Positions 47,279 to 56,129 of a DNA stretch of 64,000 nucleotides are shown in pieces. Positions within the stretch are counted from its first letter, which is position 1. Every line of letters begins with the position of its first letter. The position numbers were made by a program, and so were the translations under genes. The notes beneath the pieces are model-generated. The model was not told the DNA's origin. It made no database searches and saw nothing but the letters and a program-made list of their open reading frames with translations. Source of the stretch: Candidatus Kapaibacterium sp. (GTDB lineage Bacteria; Bacteroidota; Ignavibacteria; Kapaibacteriales; Kapaibacteriaceae); NCBI GenBank assembly GCA_018882895.1, contig VERF01000005.1, positions 3,378 through 67,377 of the forward strand, read 5' to 3'.

Positions 47279-47355
47279 GTCCTCCGTCCTCTGTAATCCG
47301 TAATCCGTACTCCGTAATCCGTACTCCGTCATCCGTACTCCGTCATCCGTCATCA
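47279..47355. repeat. heptamer tandem repeat array, 11 units, consensus GTNNTCC
   Basis: Units in order: GTCCTCC, GTCCTCT, GTAATCC x2, GTACTCC, GTAATCC, GTACTCC, GTCATCC, GTACTCC, GTCATCC, GTCATCA. The last unit contains the stop codon (47353..47355, - strand) of the TldD/PmbA gene. Confidence 0.95.
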
Positions 47356-49122
47356 CTCTCCCATCGGACTTGCCAACGTCGGGGGCTTGGGCATATCGCC
47401 TTCGAGGGGACGGATCTCTACATCTTCAAGCAGAAGGCTTGGAGTGTGGATCGTAGAGATGAGGTAGGAAGATCCACCAGTGATGAATGACGGGATAACG
47501 GCCGGTGCCAGGAAGTTGTGCACCGCAGTGTTGGTTGATACCGCCAAGATGTCTTTGAAGATCGACGTTGAGATGCCGGCTGCTTCGACGCCGCGGATCA
47601 GCTCTTCTCGGCCGTCGGGGTAGAGGCGGACGACTTCGAGCAGACCGAGCTTGCCTTCGCCCTGACCGACAGGTAGTTCGTTGCCGAGCTGGCGGATGAC
47701 GCCGGTGAAGAGAAGGTTCTGGTCCATTGCCGTGCGCACGATCATGCCATAGGGCAGATCCCGGTCGCGCACAAGCTTGAGCAGGCGCTTCTTCATGTCG
47801 GCAGGGGAGAGCCCCTTCTTCTTGTCTGCGTTGGACAGGTCGAGGACGCCGAACATTGCGCCGCCACCGCGTTGATGTCCGTTTGATCCCTTGATGCGTT
47901 TGGTTGGCACGCGAGAGGAAAGGAGCGTTTTGAGATAGCCCTTTTCGACGAGTTTGACGGTCTGCGCGTCGATGCCTTCATCGTCAACGCGATAGCTCCC
48001 TGCCGCAACACGCCCGTCGAACGCTGTCTTCGTTGGCAGGGCGGTGACCGAGAGAAACTCCGGCAGAACGCGCGCACCGATCTTATTCTGAAAGGCCATT
48101 GTGCGCTCATTGGTCGAGAAGCCCCCTTCGGAAAGGGGCTGGCGCTGAGCAACCAGGTTCGGTGCGAAGTGCTGACCGAGCAGCACGCCGGCGGCCTGAC
48201 CTTCGAAGATGACCGGTCCGGAGTAGGCCTCGATCGTTGGTGCTGTGGTCTGACGCGTGAGCAGTTCGGCAACGCGCGTGACCTCGCGGGCCAGCACATC
48301 ACGCGGTGGCAGATCCGACGGCGTCATCCCATAGGCGGCATACGTCTGAGCAAGTGGCATGCCGTCGGGCGCCTGCGTTGTTGCGATCACTTCGAGTCCG
48401 GTGGTCCATTCATTCTTGTGCAGCTCCATTCCTTCCGAGCTCACGTAGAAGGTCTCCTCCGGTATCACTTCAATACCCACACGTGAGCCATGGATCTGTG
48501 GGAACGCTCGGAAGATCGCACTAAGGTCAGTGGCCATCGAAGAGAGCATTGCCAGATCCACTCGCGCAGCGGGCTGCAGGTCGGCAACGCTACGTCCGGG
48601 CATCAGCCCGAAGTCCTCGGTGGTGTCCTTTCTGGTGCGGTTCTTCAGGGCGGATTGTTTCTTGGCGTAGATCTCTACGGCCTGCTTATAGCAGGCGTCT
48701 GTGGCAAGCCAGAGTTCACGCCGCAGGACATCCGGATTGAGCTCAAAGGGAACGCGCCGATTCCGAAATCCCTCTTCATCGTCACTTGATCCGAAGAAGC
48801 CAAGGCTCACATCAAAAAAGTTGGTGTTGTCGAACACGGGTCCACCAACGCGCACCCTCACGGTCAGCCGTGCCGAGACTCCGGTGTCGATGTTCTCGAT
48901 CGTGCCAAGCACGGCATGCATGTTCACCGAGCGACGCACCTGCAGAAGGTACTCCATGTGATACGGACGAGGCAGATCGCCAAGATGCAGTTCACTCATC
49001 GACCGCTGCATCTCCTGACGCATGGCATCGAAGACCATGCGCGGGTCGATCTCGGCGGCTCGGCCGGTTGCCGACAACGTCAGCAGTGCCGCAATGGCAA
49101 GGGGCTTGCAGATCCTCATCAT
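47353..49122 (-). CDS. TldD/PmbA-family metallopeptidase with signal peptide
   Basis: 589 aa. N-terminal MMRICKPLAIAALLTLSATGRAAE. TldD/PmbA-like core (GSNGHQRGG..., C-terminal TGGSSYLIS...PSLLLEDVEI). Confidence 0.85.
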   Translation of the reverse strand: MMRICKPLAIAALLTLSATGRAAEIDPRMVFDAMRQEMQRSMSELHLGDLPRPYHMEYLLQVRRSVNMHAVLGTIENIDTGVSARLTVRVRVGGPVFDNTNFFDVSLGFFGSSDDEEGFRNRRVPFELNPDVLRRELWLATDACYKQAVEIYAKKQSALKNRTRKDTTEDFGLMPGRSVADLQPAARVDLAMLSSMATDLSAIFRAFPQIHGSRVGIEVIPEETFYVSSEGMELHKNEWTTGLEVIATTQAPDGMPLAQTYAAYGMTPSDLPPRDVLAREVTRVAELLTRQTTAPTIEAYSGPVIFEGQAAGVLLGQHFAPNLVAQRQPLSEGGFSTNERTMAFQNKIGARVLPEFLSVTALPTKTAFDGRVAAGSYRVDDEGIDAQTVKLVEKGYLKTLLSSRVPTKRIKGSNGHQRGGGAMFGVLDLSNADKKKGLSPADMKKRLLKLVRDRDLPYGMIVRTAMDQNLLFTGVIRQLGNELPVGQGEGKLGLLEVVRLYPDGREELIRGVEAAGISTSIFKDILAVSTNTAVHNFLAPAVIPSFITGGSSYLISTIHTPSLLLEDVEIRPLEGDMPKPPTLASPMGE

Positions 49123-50819
49123 GGCTGACCTCCGTCATTGGTCGTGATAGTTGGATCCTGAAGCAGCGGCGGCTTGGCCTGCGACTTCTGTTTCTTCTGC
49201 ACCTCGATCATCGAAACGAGCAGACTCGGAGAGCTTGCGCTCACAGGCACACCGCCCGACTCGGCGCCACAGACCCCGTTGAAGATGCCAATGTCGTCGG
49301 CAGCCGCAACGATGTTGTTGAATGTCGTGAGCGGCGTTCCGATAAGGTCGACGCCGCGGACCAGCTCGTCGGCACGTCCGTCGGCAAATATCTTGTACAC
49401 CACAAGGGGCTGAACATTGAAGGCATTCGGTACGGTTCGACCGGTGAAGGTGAAGCCCCCTTGAATATCTTCGAAAAGCAGTCCGAACTCCTTGTTCTGT
49501 TTGCGGCACTCTGACCGCAGTGCGTTGCGCAGCGAGTCGAGTGACACCCTCTCTGTGGCTTCGACGATCAGATTGGATTGCCGCGATACGGTCTTCAGAC
49601 CCGGCTGACGCCTGCCGTGACCGTTGGAGACGGGGAAGTCCTGGATCGGTGCTCTCGACATCAGAAAGCTCTTGAACACGCCCTGCTCGACGGCCACAAC
49701 GCGCTTGCCCGGCATGCCTTCGTCGTCGAACTCATACGCGCCTACGATGTCGATGCCGTTGAGTTCCTTCTTCGTTGGGTCGAACACCACGTTGATGAAC
49801 GACGGCAGGATCTTCTTACCGAGAAAGTTCTTGAAGGTCTGACTTGAGTTGACGTCTTTCTGGCGGTGACCCTCGACGCGGTGTCCGAAGATCTCGTGAA
49901 AGAAGACGCCGGCGCTGCGACCAGACAGGATGGCCGGTCCGGAGTAGGTTTCCATCAGCGGCGCCGTGCGGAGCTTCACGCACAGATCGATCAACCTGCG
50001 CATGTCGCGCTCCATCTGCTGGCGTGACGGAAGTCGATCGGCGCCATAGGCAGAGTAGCTCTCGAACAGCGGAAGGCTCATGCCATCGTCGGCCTTACTC
50101 TTGACGTAAAGAAACATCTTTACGATCGGCTCCGAGCTGACGATCATTGTGCCTTCGGAGTTGACGAAGTACTTCACCAGTAGGTCGGCCTGAAACGTCA
50201 CACGCCCCGTCAGGATATGCTCACGTCCGGCACAAAGTGAACTCAGATACCGCACACGGTCGCGCCACATGGCTGTGTCAAACTCAAACGACGTCGGCTG
50301 GGCGATCGATACGATCGCCTTCTCGCGCGACAGGTCAGCCGAGCTATCCTCCTCACGAACCTTTACCTGGCGGTTCGTGAGAACTTTACCGTAGCGTTCT
50401 GCCGCAGAGCGATACGCCTTGTCGGTGGCCGACCAGATGATGCTGCGCAGCGAGCGTTCATCATCGCCTGACGGCATTTCGACGCCGCGCGTGCCCCTTC
50501 CCATCTCGAAGGCCACACCGCGAATGCTGCGTGTGTTGTCCATCTCGTGGCTTCCTACGCGCAGGTCCACATCAAGGATCCGACTGCGCTGCGTGGTGCT
50601 TGCATCGATGCCACCCATCGAGGCCGTGATGACCGTGGTGTTGACCTCGGCCACAGCGTATGACAGGAAGTAGGGGGCGGGCTGCTTTGCGCCAAGGCCG
50701 GTCATGGTTCTGTCAAGCTCGGCCTTCATTGCCCGCAGAACGGGCGGAGGTGTAGGCTGCGCCCCGGCCTGGACAACCACCAGAAGGGCTGCCAAGGCAG
50801 ATACGATCATGTTCTTCAT
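49119..50819 (-). CDS. TldD/PmbA-family metallopeptidase with signal peptide
   Basis: 566 aa. MKNMIVSALAALLVVVQAGAQ signal peptide. HEIFGHRVEGHRQ motif and VSNGHGRRQ. Overlaps the downstream paralogue by 4 nt. Confidence 0.85.
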   Translation of the reverse strand: MKNMIVSALAALLVVVQAGAQPTPPPVLRAMKAELDRTMTGLGAKQPAPYFLSYAVAEVNTTVITASMGGIDASTTQRSRILDVDLRVGSHEMDNTRSIRGVAFEMGRGTRGVEMPSGDDERSLRSIIWSATDKAYRSAAERYGKVLTNRQVKVREEDSSADLSREKAIVSIAQPTSFEFDTAMWRDRVRYLSSLCAGREHILTGRVTFQADLLVKYFVNSEGTMIVSSEPIVKMFLYVKSKADDGMSLPLFESYSAYGADRLPSRQQMERDMRRLIDLCVKLRTAPLMETYSGPAILSGRSAGVFFHEIFGHRVEGHRQKDVNSSQTFKNFLGKKILPSFINVVFDPTKKELNGIDIVGAYEFDDEGMPGKRVVAVEQGVFKSFLMSRAPIQDFPVSNGHGRRQPGLKTVSRQSNLIVEATERVSLDSLRNALRSECRKQNKEFGLLFEDIQGGFTFTGRTVPNAFNVQPLVVYKIFADGRADELVRGVDLIGTPLTTFNNIVAAADDIGIFNGVCGAESGGVPVSASSPSLLVSMIEVQKKQKSQAKPPLLQDPTITTNDGGQP

Positions 50820-50820
50820 G

Positions 50821-51441
50821 TTACTCGCCAGGAGAGGATAAGACGGACTTGGTCACGACGCTCAGATTGGCATCGAGCTCGTAGGTGATCGGCACACCGG
50901 TGGCGATCTCGGTCTTGAGGATCTCGTCCGGTGTAAGGTTTTCAATGATCATGATCAGTGAGCGCAGGGAGTTGCCGTGGGCCACAACCAGGACGTTCGT
51001 GCCGGCGCGAAGCAGCGGTGCGATATGCTCATCAAAGTAGGGGGCCACGCGCGCGCGCGTGTCGGCCAGTGACTCTCCGCCGGGTGGAGGCACGTCATAG
51101 GACCGACGCCAGATGTGCACCTGATCGGCACCATACTTCTGGGCTGTCTCGGCCTTGTTCAGTCCCTGCAGATCGCCATAGTGACGTTCGTTCAGGGCCT
51201 GGTCGCGATGCGTCGGAAGGTCCGTCTTGCCGGCTTCGGTCAGAGCGATATCAGCCGTGCGCATGGCCCGCTTCAGAACCGACGTAAAGAGCACGTCAAC
51301 GGGCACGCTTGCCAGAAGCATGCCGGCACGCCGTGCCTCGTCTTCGCCCTTTGGTGAGAGGTCTACGTCGACCCAGCCGGTAAAACGGTTCTCGAGATTC
51401 CATTGCGACTCACCGTGTCGCAGCAATGTCAGTCGTGCCAT
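50821..51441 (-). CDS. gpmA: 2,3-bisphosphoglycerate-dependent phosphoglycerate mutase
   Basis: LLRHGESQWNLENRFTGWVDVDLS catalytic His motif and a second His in VVAHGNSLR. Confidence 0.93.
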   Translation of the reverse strand: MARLTLLRHGESQWNLENRFTGWVDVDLSPKGEDEARRAGMLLASVPVDVLFTSVLKRAMRTADIALTEAGKTDLPTHRDQALNERHYGDLQGLNKAETAQKYGADQVHIWRRSYDVPPPGGESLADTRARVAPYFDEHIAPLLRAGTNVLVVAHGNSLRSLIMIIENLTPDEILKTEIATGVPITYELDANLSVVTKSVLSSPGE

Positions 51442-51444
51442 GGT

Positions 51445-51849
51445 CTATTGTTTCGGCGTGCAGAGTTCCATCAGAACTCCGCCGGTGGAAGATGGGTGCA
51501 TGAAGGCGATCTGCATGTCATGGGCGCCCGGCTGCGGCTCTGTGTGTACGAGCCGAATACCGTCGGCACCAAGTCGATCAAGGTCTTCCTGGATGGTATC
51601 CGTGCGGAATGCCACGTGATGGATGCCCTCGCCCCGCTTTGCAATGAAGTTTGCAATGGGGGAGGAGTCGGACAGCGCCGCCGTGAGCTCAATGCGCACG
51701 CCGTTGAGCTCGAACGACGCCACATCGACGCCTTGCGTGGGGACCTGTTCGCGGTGAAATGACTCAACGCCAAAGATCGTGCGATACATCTGCATGGATG
51801 CCTCGATGTCGCGCACGGCGATACCGATATGGTCGATCTGAGTGATCAT
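51445..51849 (-). CDS. mce: methylmalonyl-CoA epimerase (VOC/glyoxalase fold)
   Basis: 134 aa. IDHIGIAVRDIEASMQMY... and GEGIHHVAF, a typical epimerase layout. Confidence 0.85.
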   Translation of the reverse strand: MITQIDHIGIAVRDIEASMQMYRTIFGVESFHREQVPTQGVDVASFELNGVRIELTAALSDSSPIANFIAKRGEGIHHVAFRTDTIQEDLDRLGADGIRLVHTEPQPGAHDMQIAFMHPSSTGGVLMELCTPKQ

Positions 51850-52631
51850 GAGCTAAGCGATGAACCTGACATGATGTTTGCGGCCCTCTGCAGGTCGGCC
51901 GGAGTGTTGATGCCATGAATCTCTTCCCATGACGGGCCGCACCAGGCGCTGATGACCTTGCCCTCGGAGCCGAAGATGCCTATGATGTCCGTCAGGTAGT
52001 ATTCCTGTTGTGCGTTGTTGTTGCCCACCTTGTCGAGCGCTTCAAACAGCGAGGCTGCGTCGACCACATAGATACCCGAGTTGATCTCATCGATCAGCTT
52101 CTGCTGGTCGGAGGCATCCTTGTGTTCGATGATCGACTGCAGAGCCCCCTGATTGGCGTCGTCACTGCGGATGATCCTGCCATATCCCGATGGGTCGGGC
52201 ACGCGCGCCGTGAGTACCGTTGCGGTGGCATTCGCCACGCGGTGCTGGCCAACCAGTTCTCGAAGCGTCGCCGAGCGTACGAGCGGCACATCGCCGCTCA
52301 GGATCAGCACGTCTCCCTCGAAGTCCGCCAGGGCATGGCGCGTTTGCATGACGGCGTGACCGGTTCCGAGCTGTTCGAGCTGCTCGGCGCAGGTGGATGC
52401 CGGGGAGTAGTTGCTGACGAACGAGCGGACGGCATCGCGCTGATGGCCTATGATGACCACGATGCGAACCGGATCAAGGGAAGCGGCCTGATCGAGCACA
52501 TATCCCAGAAGCGGTTTGTCGAAGAGCGGCGTAAGAACCTTTGCCCGTTCCGGATCGCCCATTCGCTTTCCTTTGCCGGCAGCCAGGATGACCACGGCAA
52601 GGGGCCGAGAAGACGCGTGTGTATCGGTCAC
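51846..52631 (-). CDS. sugar-phosphate nucleotidyltransferase (GlmU N-terminal-domain-like, no acetyltransferase domain)
   Basis: [14 protein letters not shown] signature. The track ORF extends to 52724 inside panD. The GTG at 52631 overlaps the panD stop as GTGA and is the more likely start. Confidence 0.75.
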   Translation of the reverse strand: MTDTHASSRPLAVVILAAGKGKRMGDPERAKVLTPLFDKPLLGYVLDQAASLDPVRIVVIIGHQRDAVRSFVSNYSPASTCAEQLEQLGTGHAVMQTRHALADFEGDVLILSGDVPLVRSATLRELVGQHRVANATATVLTARVPDPSGYGRIIRSDDANQGALQSIIEHKDASDQQKLIDEINSGIYVVDAASLFEALDKVGNNNAQQEYYLTDIIGIFGSEGKVISAWCGPSWEEIHGINTPADLQRAANIMSGSSLSS

Positions 52632-53023
52632 GACAGGGGCGGGTAGTGCGTGTAGGCTTCGACGCTGTTGCTGATGCTCACCGGCAGATTGTCGGCATCG
52701 ACCAGCACCACCGTGGGTTGCCACTGACGGGCTTCCTCTTCCGGCATGGTCGTATAGCTGATGATGATCACCTCATCGCCCACGTGCCCCTTGCGAGCGG
52801 CAGCGCCGTTCAGGCAAATGTCGCGGCTGCCACGGGCACCGGGAATGACATACGTCTCGAAACGTTCACCGTTGTTGATGTTCACCACGGACACCTTCTC
52901 GTAGGCCAGAAGGTCGGCCTGTTCCATCAGGTCCTGGTCGATCGTCAGACTTCCCTCGTAATAGAGATCGGCCTGCGTGATCCGGGCCCGATGGATCTTC
53001 GATTTGAACATTATCCGGTTCAT
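52628..53023 (-). CDS. panD: aspartate 1-decarboxylase
   Basis: The Met29 start gives [29 protein letters not shown], with the Gly-Ser self-cleavage site at the canonical position. Confidence 0.93.
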   Translation of the reverse strand: MNRIMFKSKIHRARITQADLYYEGSLTIDQDLMEQADLLAYEKVSVVNINNGERFETYVIPGARGSRDICLNGAAARKGHVGDEVIIISYTTMPEEEARQWQPTVVLVDADNLPVSISNSVEAYTHYPPLS

Positions 53024-53071
53024 ACGTCTCTCCGCGCGCAGTGAAGTGGCAACGTCGTGGTGATAAGGGCA

Positions 53072-53079
53072 CAAAATTA
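53072..53079 (-). promoter_or_regulatory. candidate -7 promoter element TAATTTTG for the panD operon
   Basis: The + strand reads CAAAATTA, 48 nt upstream of the panD ATG. Confidence 0.35.
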
Positions 53080-53130
53080 CTGGATTCTGCCCTGATTTCG
53101 GCCCCAAAGACGTACATCACGCCCCCTTCG

Positions 53131-53138
53131 TACATTTG
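53131..53138 (+). promoter_or_regulatory. candidate -7 promoter element TACATTTG, 4 nt before ATG 53143
   Basis: Exact TAnnTTTG match. The spacing implies a leaderless mRNA. Confidence 0.35.
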
Positions 53139-53142
53139 CGGC

Positions 53143-53478
53143 ATGAAGATCCGACTTTCCCAGATCGCCCATGCCCGCAGTGGCGACAAAGGTGACGCGG
53201 CCAATTGTGGCGTGATCGCCTTCAAAGAGGAGTGGTATCCGATCCTGCGCGACCATTTGACGGCCGAGCGGGTGCAGGAGTACTTCGCCGGAATGTGCCA
53301 CGGCACTGTGGAGCGCTACGAGATGCCCAATCTCTGGGCCGTGAACTTTCTTCTCCCCAATATCCTGGGAGGGGGCGGTACGGTCTCACTCAAGCTCGAC
53401 GCTCAAGGCAAGACGGTTGCCTCGGCGATGTTGCTGATGGTGCTCGATGTGCCGGACGACGCGTTAGCGTCCGTCTGA
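53143..53478 (+). CDS. small protein resembling the AtuA C-terminal / DUF4387 domain
   Basis: Track ORF 53041..53478 starts at a GTG. ATG 53143 gives MKIRLSQIAHARSGDKGDAANCGVIAF. The SGDKGD motif and ~110 aa size match my recollection of DUF4387. No AtuA-like partner is adjacent. Confidence 0.5.
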   Translation: MKIRLSQIAHARSGDKGDAANCGVIAFKEEWYPILRDHLTAERVQEYFAGMCHGTVERYEMPNLWAVNFLLPNILGGGGTVSLKLDAQGKTVASAMLLMVLDVPDDALASV

Positions 53479-53931
53479 TGGCCCCAGCGGCGTTGCGGTA
53501 CCGCAGCTTGCCTCGATCTGAGAAAGGATTGGGCGCATCCACGACTTGACCTCTTCGCCTGCCCACTTCTTGTCCCACGTCTGCGTCACATCGCTGCCGT
53601 CGAGTCGGGTTGATACGCTGTACACATCGACGAATGCCGAATCACCGGTGTGCTGAATCCGGAACGTCCGCACGAGCATCGTGTAGCGATACTCGACGTC
53701 GGTGATGGTGTCCTGCGCAATGATCATGTTGGACGCGGCGTCCCGGTCGACCACCACGTAGCCGTTCTGACCGAGAACATTCTCGCAAGTGGCCAGCCAC
53801 TTCTTGCTGTCACGTCGGCACGACAACGTCATCGTACGCTTACGATCCATGAAATGGATGGCATCGCACCCCAGCATAGCCAGAGCGCCGGCCAGGATGG
53901 TCAGGATCACGATCGTGCGCATTCGAAACAT
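53464..53931 (-). CDS. lipoprotein, unknown function
   Basis: MFRMRTIVILTILAGALAMLGC lipobox (start 53931 or 53922). Its 3' end overlaps the convergent gene by 15 nt. Confidence 0.6.
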   Translation of the reverse strand: MFRMRTIVILTILAGALAMLGCDAIHFMDRKRTMTLSCRRDSKKWLATCENVLGQNGYVVVDRDAASNMIIAQDTITDVEYRYTMLVRTFRIQHTGDSAFVDVYSVSTRLDGSDVTQTWDKKWAGEEVKSWMRPILSQIEASCGTATPLGPSDGR

Positions 53932-53992
53932 CAGTATGGTCCCCGTTGGCAACAAAAACGCAAATTAGCACCATAAACCCGCAACGACACGA

Positions 53993-55300
53993 ATGGTAAC
54001 ACCCGGTATGAGCACTTCACAGAACAGAAGCCACCAATGGGTCGAGCATGCCGCACGCCTGGATGCCGAGGATGCCCTGGCATCCTACCGAGAGTACTTC
54101 TGCTTTCCCACACGACAGGGTCAGCCGGTTGCCTACTTCTGCGGCAATTCCCTCGGCCTGCAGCCCAAGCGTGCCCAGACGATCGTCACCGAAGAACTCG
54201 AAGACTGGCGCCGCTACGGCGTGGAGGGTCATTTTGAATCTCGCCGTCCATGGTATTCCTACCACCGCTGGTTTGCCGAGCCTCTTGGCCGACTTGTTGG
54301 GGCCTTGCCTCACGAAGTGGTGGCGATGAACTCGCTGACGGTGAACCTGCATCTGATGATGACGTCGTTCTATCGTCCAACGCCGCAGCGGCATGCAATT
54401 CTCTGCGCAGGGGGCGAGTTCCCCTCGGATCGCTATGCGATTGAGAGTCAGATCCGCCTGCACGGATTCGATCCGGCCACGTCGATGATCGAGATAGCTC
54501 CACGAGAAGGGGCTTCAACGCTTACCACCGAGGACATCCTTGAGGCCATCCGCCTGCGCGGACATGAGACGGCGCTGGTGCTCTTCAGCGGTGTGCATTT
54601 CTACACCGGTCAGTTGTTTGACATCGCCTCCATCACCAAGGCTGCGCATGATGCGGGCGCCATGGCCGGCTTCGATCTTGCCCATGCCGTGGGTAATGTG
54701 CAGCTGCATCTGCACGACTGGGATGCGGACTTTGCCGTGTGGTGTTCGTACAAGTATCTCAATGCCGGACCCGGTGCGGTTGCCGGACTCTTTGTGCACG
54801 AGCGCTACGCCAACCGTCCGGACCTGTCGCGCCTTGCAGGCTGGTGGGGCAATGATGAGGCCACGCGCTTTTCCATGGCACATTCTTTCGTTCCGAGTCA
54901 CGGAGCCGACGGGTGGCAGCTTTCCAACGCTCAGGTTCTGCCGCTGGCCGCCTTGATGGCGTCGCTCGAGATCTTCGAGCGTGCTGGCATGGAGCGCATC
55001 AGCGCCAAGCGGGATCAGCTCACGGGTTTCCTTGAGCGTCTTCTTCTTGAGGTGATCGGTGATCGTGACTCGATACGAATCATCACACCGTCGGACCCAC
55101 ACCAGCGTGGTGCGCAGCTGAGCGTGCATTTCGACAAGGGCGGCAGGGAGATCTTTGAGGCGCTCATCGCCCACGGAGTGATCGTAGACTGGCGCACACC
55201 CAGCGTCATCCGCATTGCGCCGGCACCACTCTACACGTCATTTGCTGATGTGGTGCGTCTGGCCACGACATTTGAAACAATTCTGGCTGAGCGCGCATGA
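53993..55300 (+). CDS. kynU: kynureninase
   Basis: 435 aa. YFCGNSLGLQPK, PLP-Lys context WCSYKYLNAGPG, C-terminal DWRTPSVIRIAPAPLYTSF. Confidence 0.9.
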   Translation: MVTPGMSTSQNRSHQWVEHAARLDAEDALASYREYFCFPTRQGQPVAYFCGNSLGLQPKRAQTIVTEELEDWRRYGVEGHFESRRPWYSYHRWFAEPLGRLVGALPHEVVAMNSLTVNLHLMMTSFYRPTPQRHAILCAGGEFPSDRYAIESQIRLHGFDPATSMIEIAPREGASTLTTEDILEAIRLRGHETALVLFSGVHFYTGQLFDIASITKAAHDAGAMAGFDLAHAVGNVQLHLHDWDADFAVWCSYKYLNAGPGAVAGLFVHERYANRPDLSRLAGWWGNDEATRFSMAHSFVPSHGADGWQLSNAQVLPLAALMASLEIFERAGMERISAKRDQLTGFLERLLLEVIGDRDSIRIITPSDPHQRGAQLSVHFDKGGREIFEALIAHGVIVDWRTPSVIRIAPAPLYTSFADVVRLATTFETILAERA

Positions 55301-56073
55301 ATGAACTTTCAACTCCAGCGTCGAGCTACGTCGTGGGTCGCCGCGCTGTTGCCGAAGCCTTCGCCAGCGGCACAACCATCGAGAAGATCCTTGTGGCCTA
55401 TGGCATCGACGAGGCCACCATGCAATGGCTGCGGTCCGAGGCGCGCAAGCGCGACGTGGTCTGCTCGACGATGGACCGGCGCAAGTTCAACGACCTTGAG
55501 CGCTCACTGGGTCTGGCCGTCAACGACGCCCAAGGTGTTATCGCACTCAGGGCGGCCCGCGAGCCCCTTACCCTCGACGAGTTGCTTGAGCAGGCAGCGG
55601 CACACGAAGCCGAGCCGCTTCTGGTGGTGCTCGATGGCATCACCGATCCGCACAATCTCGGTGCGATCGCACGAAGCGCTCAAGGGGCGGGTGTGTTCGG
55701 TATGATTCTGCCGACAAAGTTCAGTGCACCGATCACTCCCACAGCGGTGAAGGCGTCTGCCGGTGCCCTTGAGACGCTCCCTGTGGCCAAGGTGGCACGC
55801 GTATCCGAAACGCTCAAGCACTGCAAAAAGCTTGGATGGAACGTGGTCGGCACGGCACTTCCCGCCACGAGCGAGTATGCCGAGGATGTCTATGGCGGAC
55901 CCACCATCATCGTGATCGGTAGCGAAGGCGAGGGTCTGCATCCAAGCGTGCGCGCTTTGTGCGATCACGTGGTGCAGATCCCCATGTATGGAGCCGTTGA
56001 ATCACTCAATGCATCTGTGGCCGCCGCCATCGTGATGTTCGAAGCCCGCAAGCACCGACGTCAGCGTCAGTAA
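55297..56073 (+). CDS. rlmB: TrmH/SpoU-family 23S rRNA 2'-O-methyltransferase (RlmB-like)
   Basis: [27 protein letters not shown] and [18 protein letters not shown] motifs. ATGA overlap with kynU. Confidence 0.85.
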   Translation: MNELSTPASSYVVGRRAVAEAFASGTTIEKILVAYGIDEATMQWLRSEARKRDVVCSTMDRRKFNDLERSLGLAVNDAQGVIALRAAREPLTLDELLEQAAAHEAEPLLVVLDGITDPHNLGAIARSAQGAGVFGMILPTKFSAPITPTAVKASAGALETLPVAKVARVSETLKHCKKLGWNVVGTALPATSEYAEDVYGGPTIIVIGSEGEGLHPSVRALCDHVVQIPMYGAVESLNASVAAAIVMFEARKHRRQRQ

Positions 56074-56084
56074 GCTGCATCGGC

Positions 56085-56092
56085 TATTTTTG
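56085..56092 (+). promoter_or_regulatory. candidate -7 promoter element TATTTTTG for lysS
   Basis: Exact TAnnTTTG match, 37 nt upstream of ATG 56130. Confidence 0.4.
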
Positions 56093-56129
56093 TCGCTCTC
56101 TCTTTTCTCTTCCTCCAGGACAATCGACG

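Noticed and set aside
47205-47355. Could the tandem arrays here and at 62752..63152 be CRISPR arrays?
   Set aside because: The units are 7 to 8 nt with no spacers and no cas genes. They are microsatellite-type repeats, not CRISPR.
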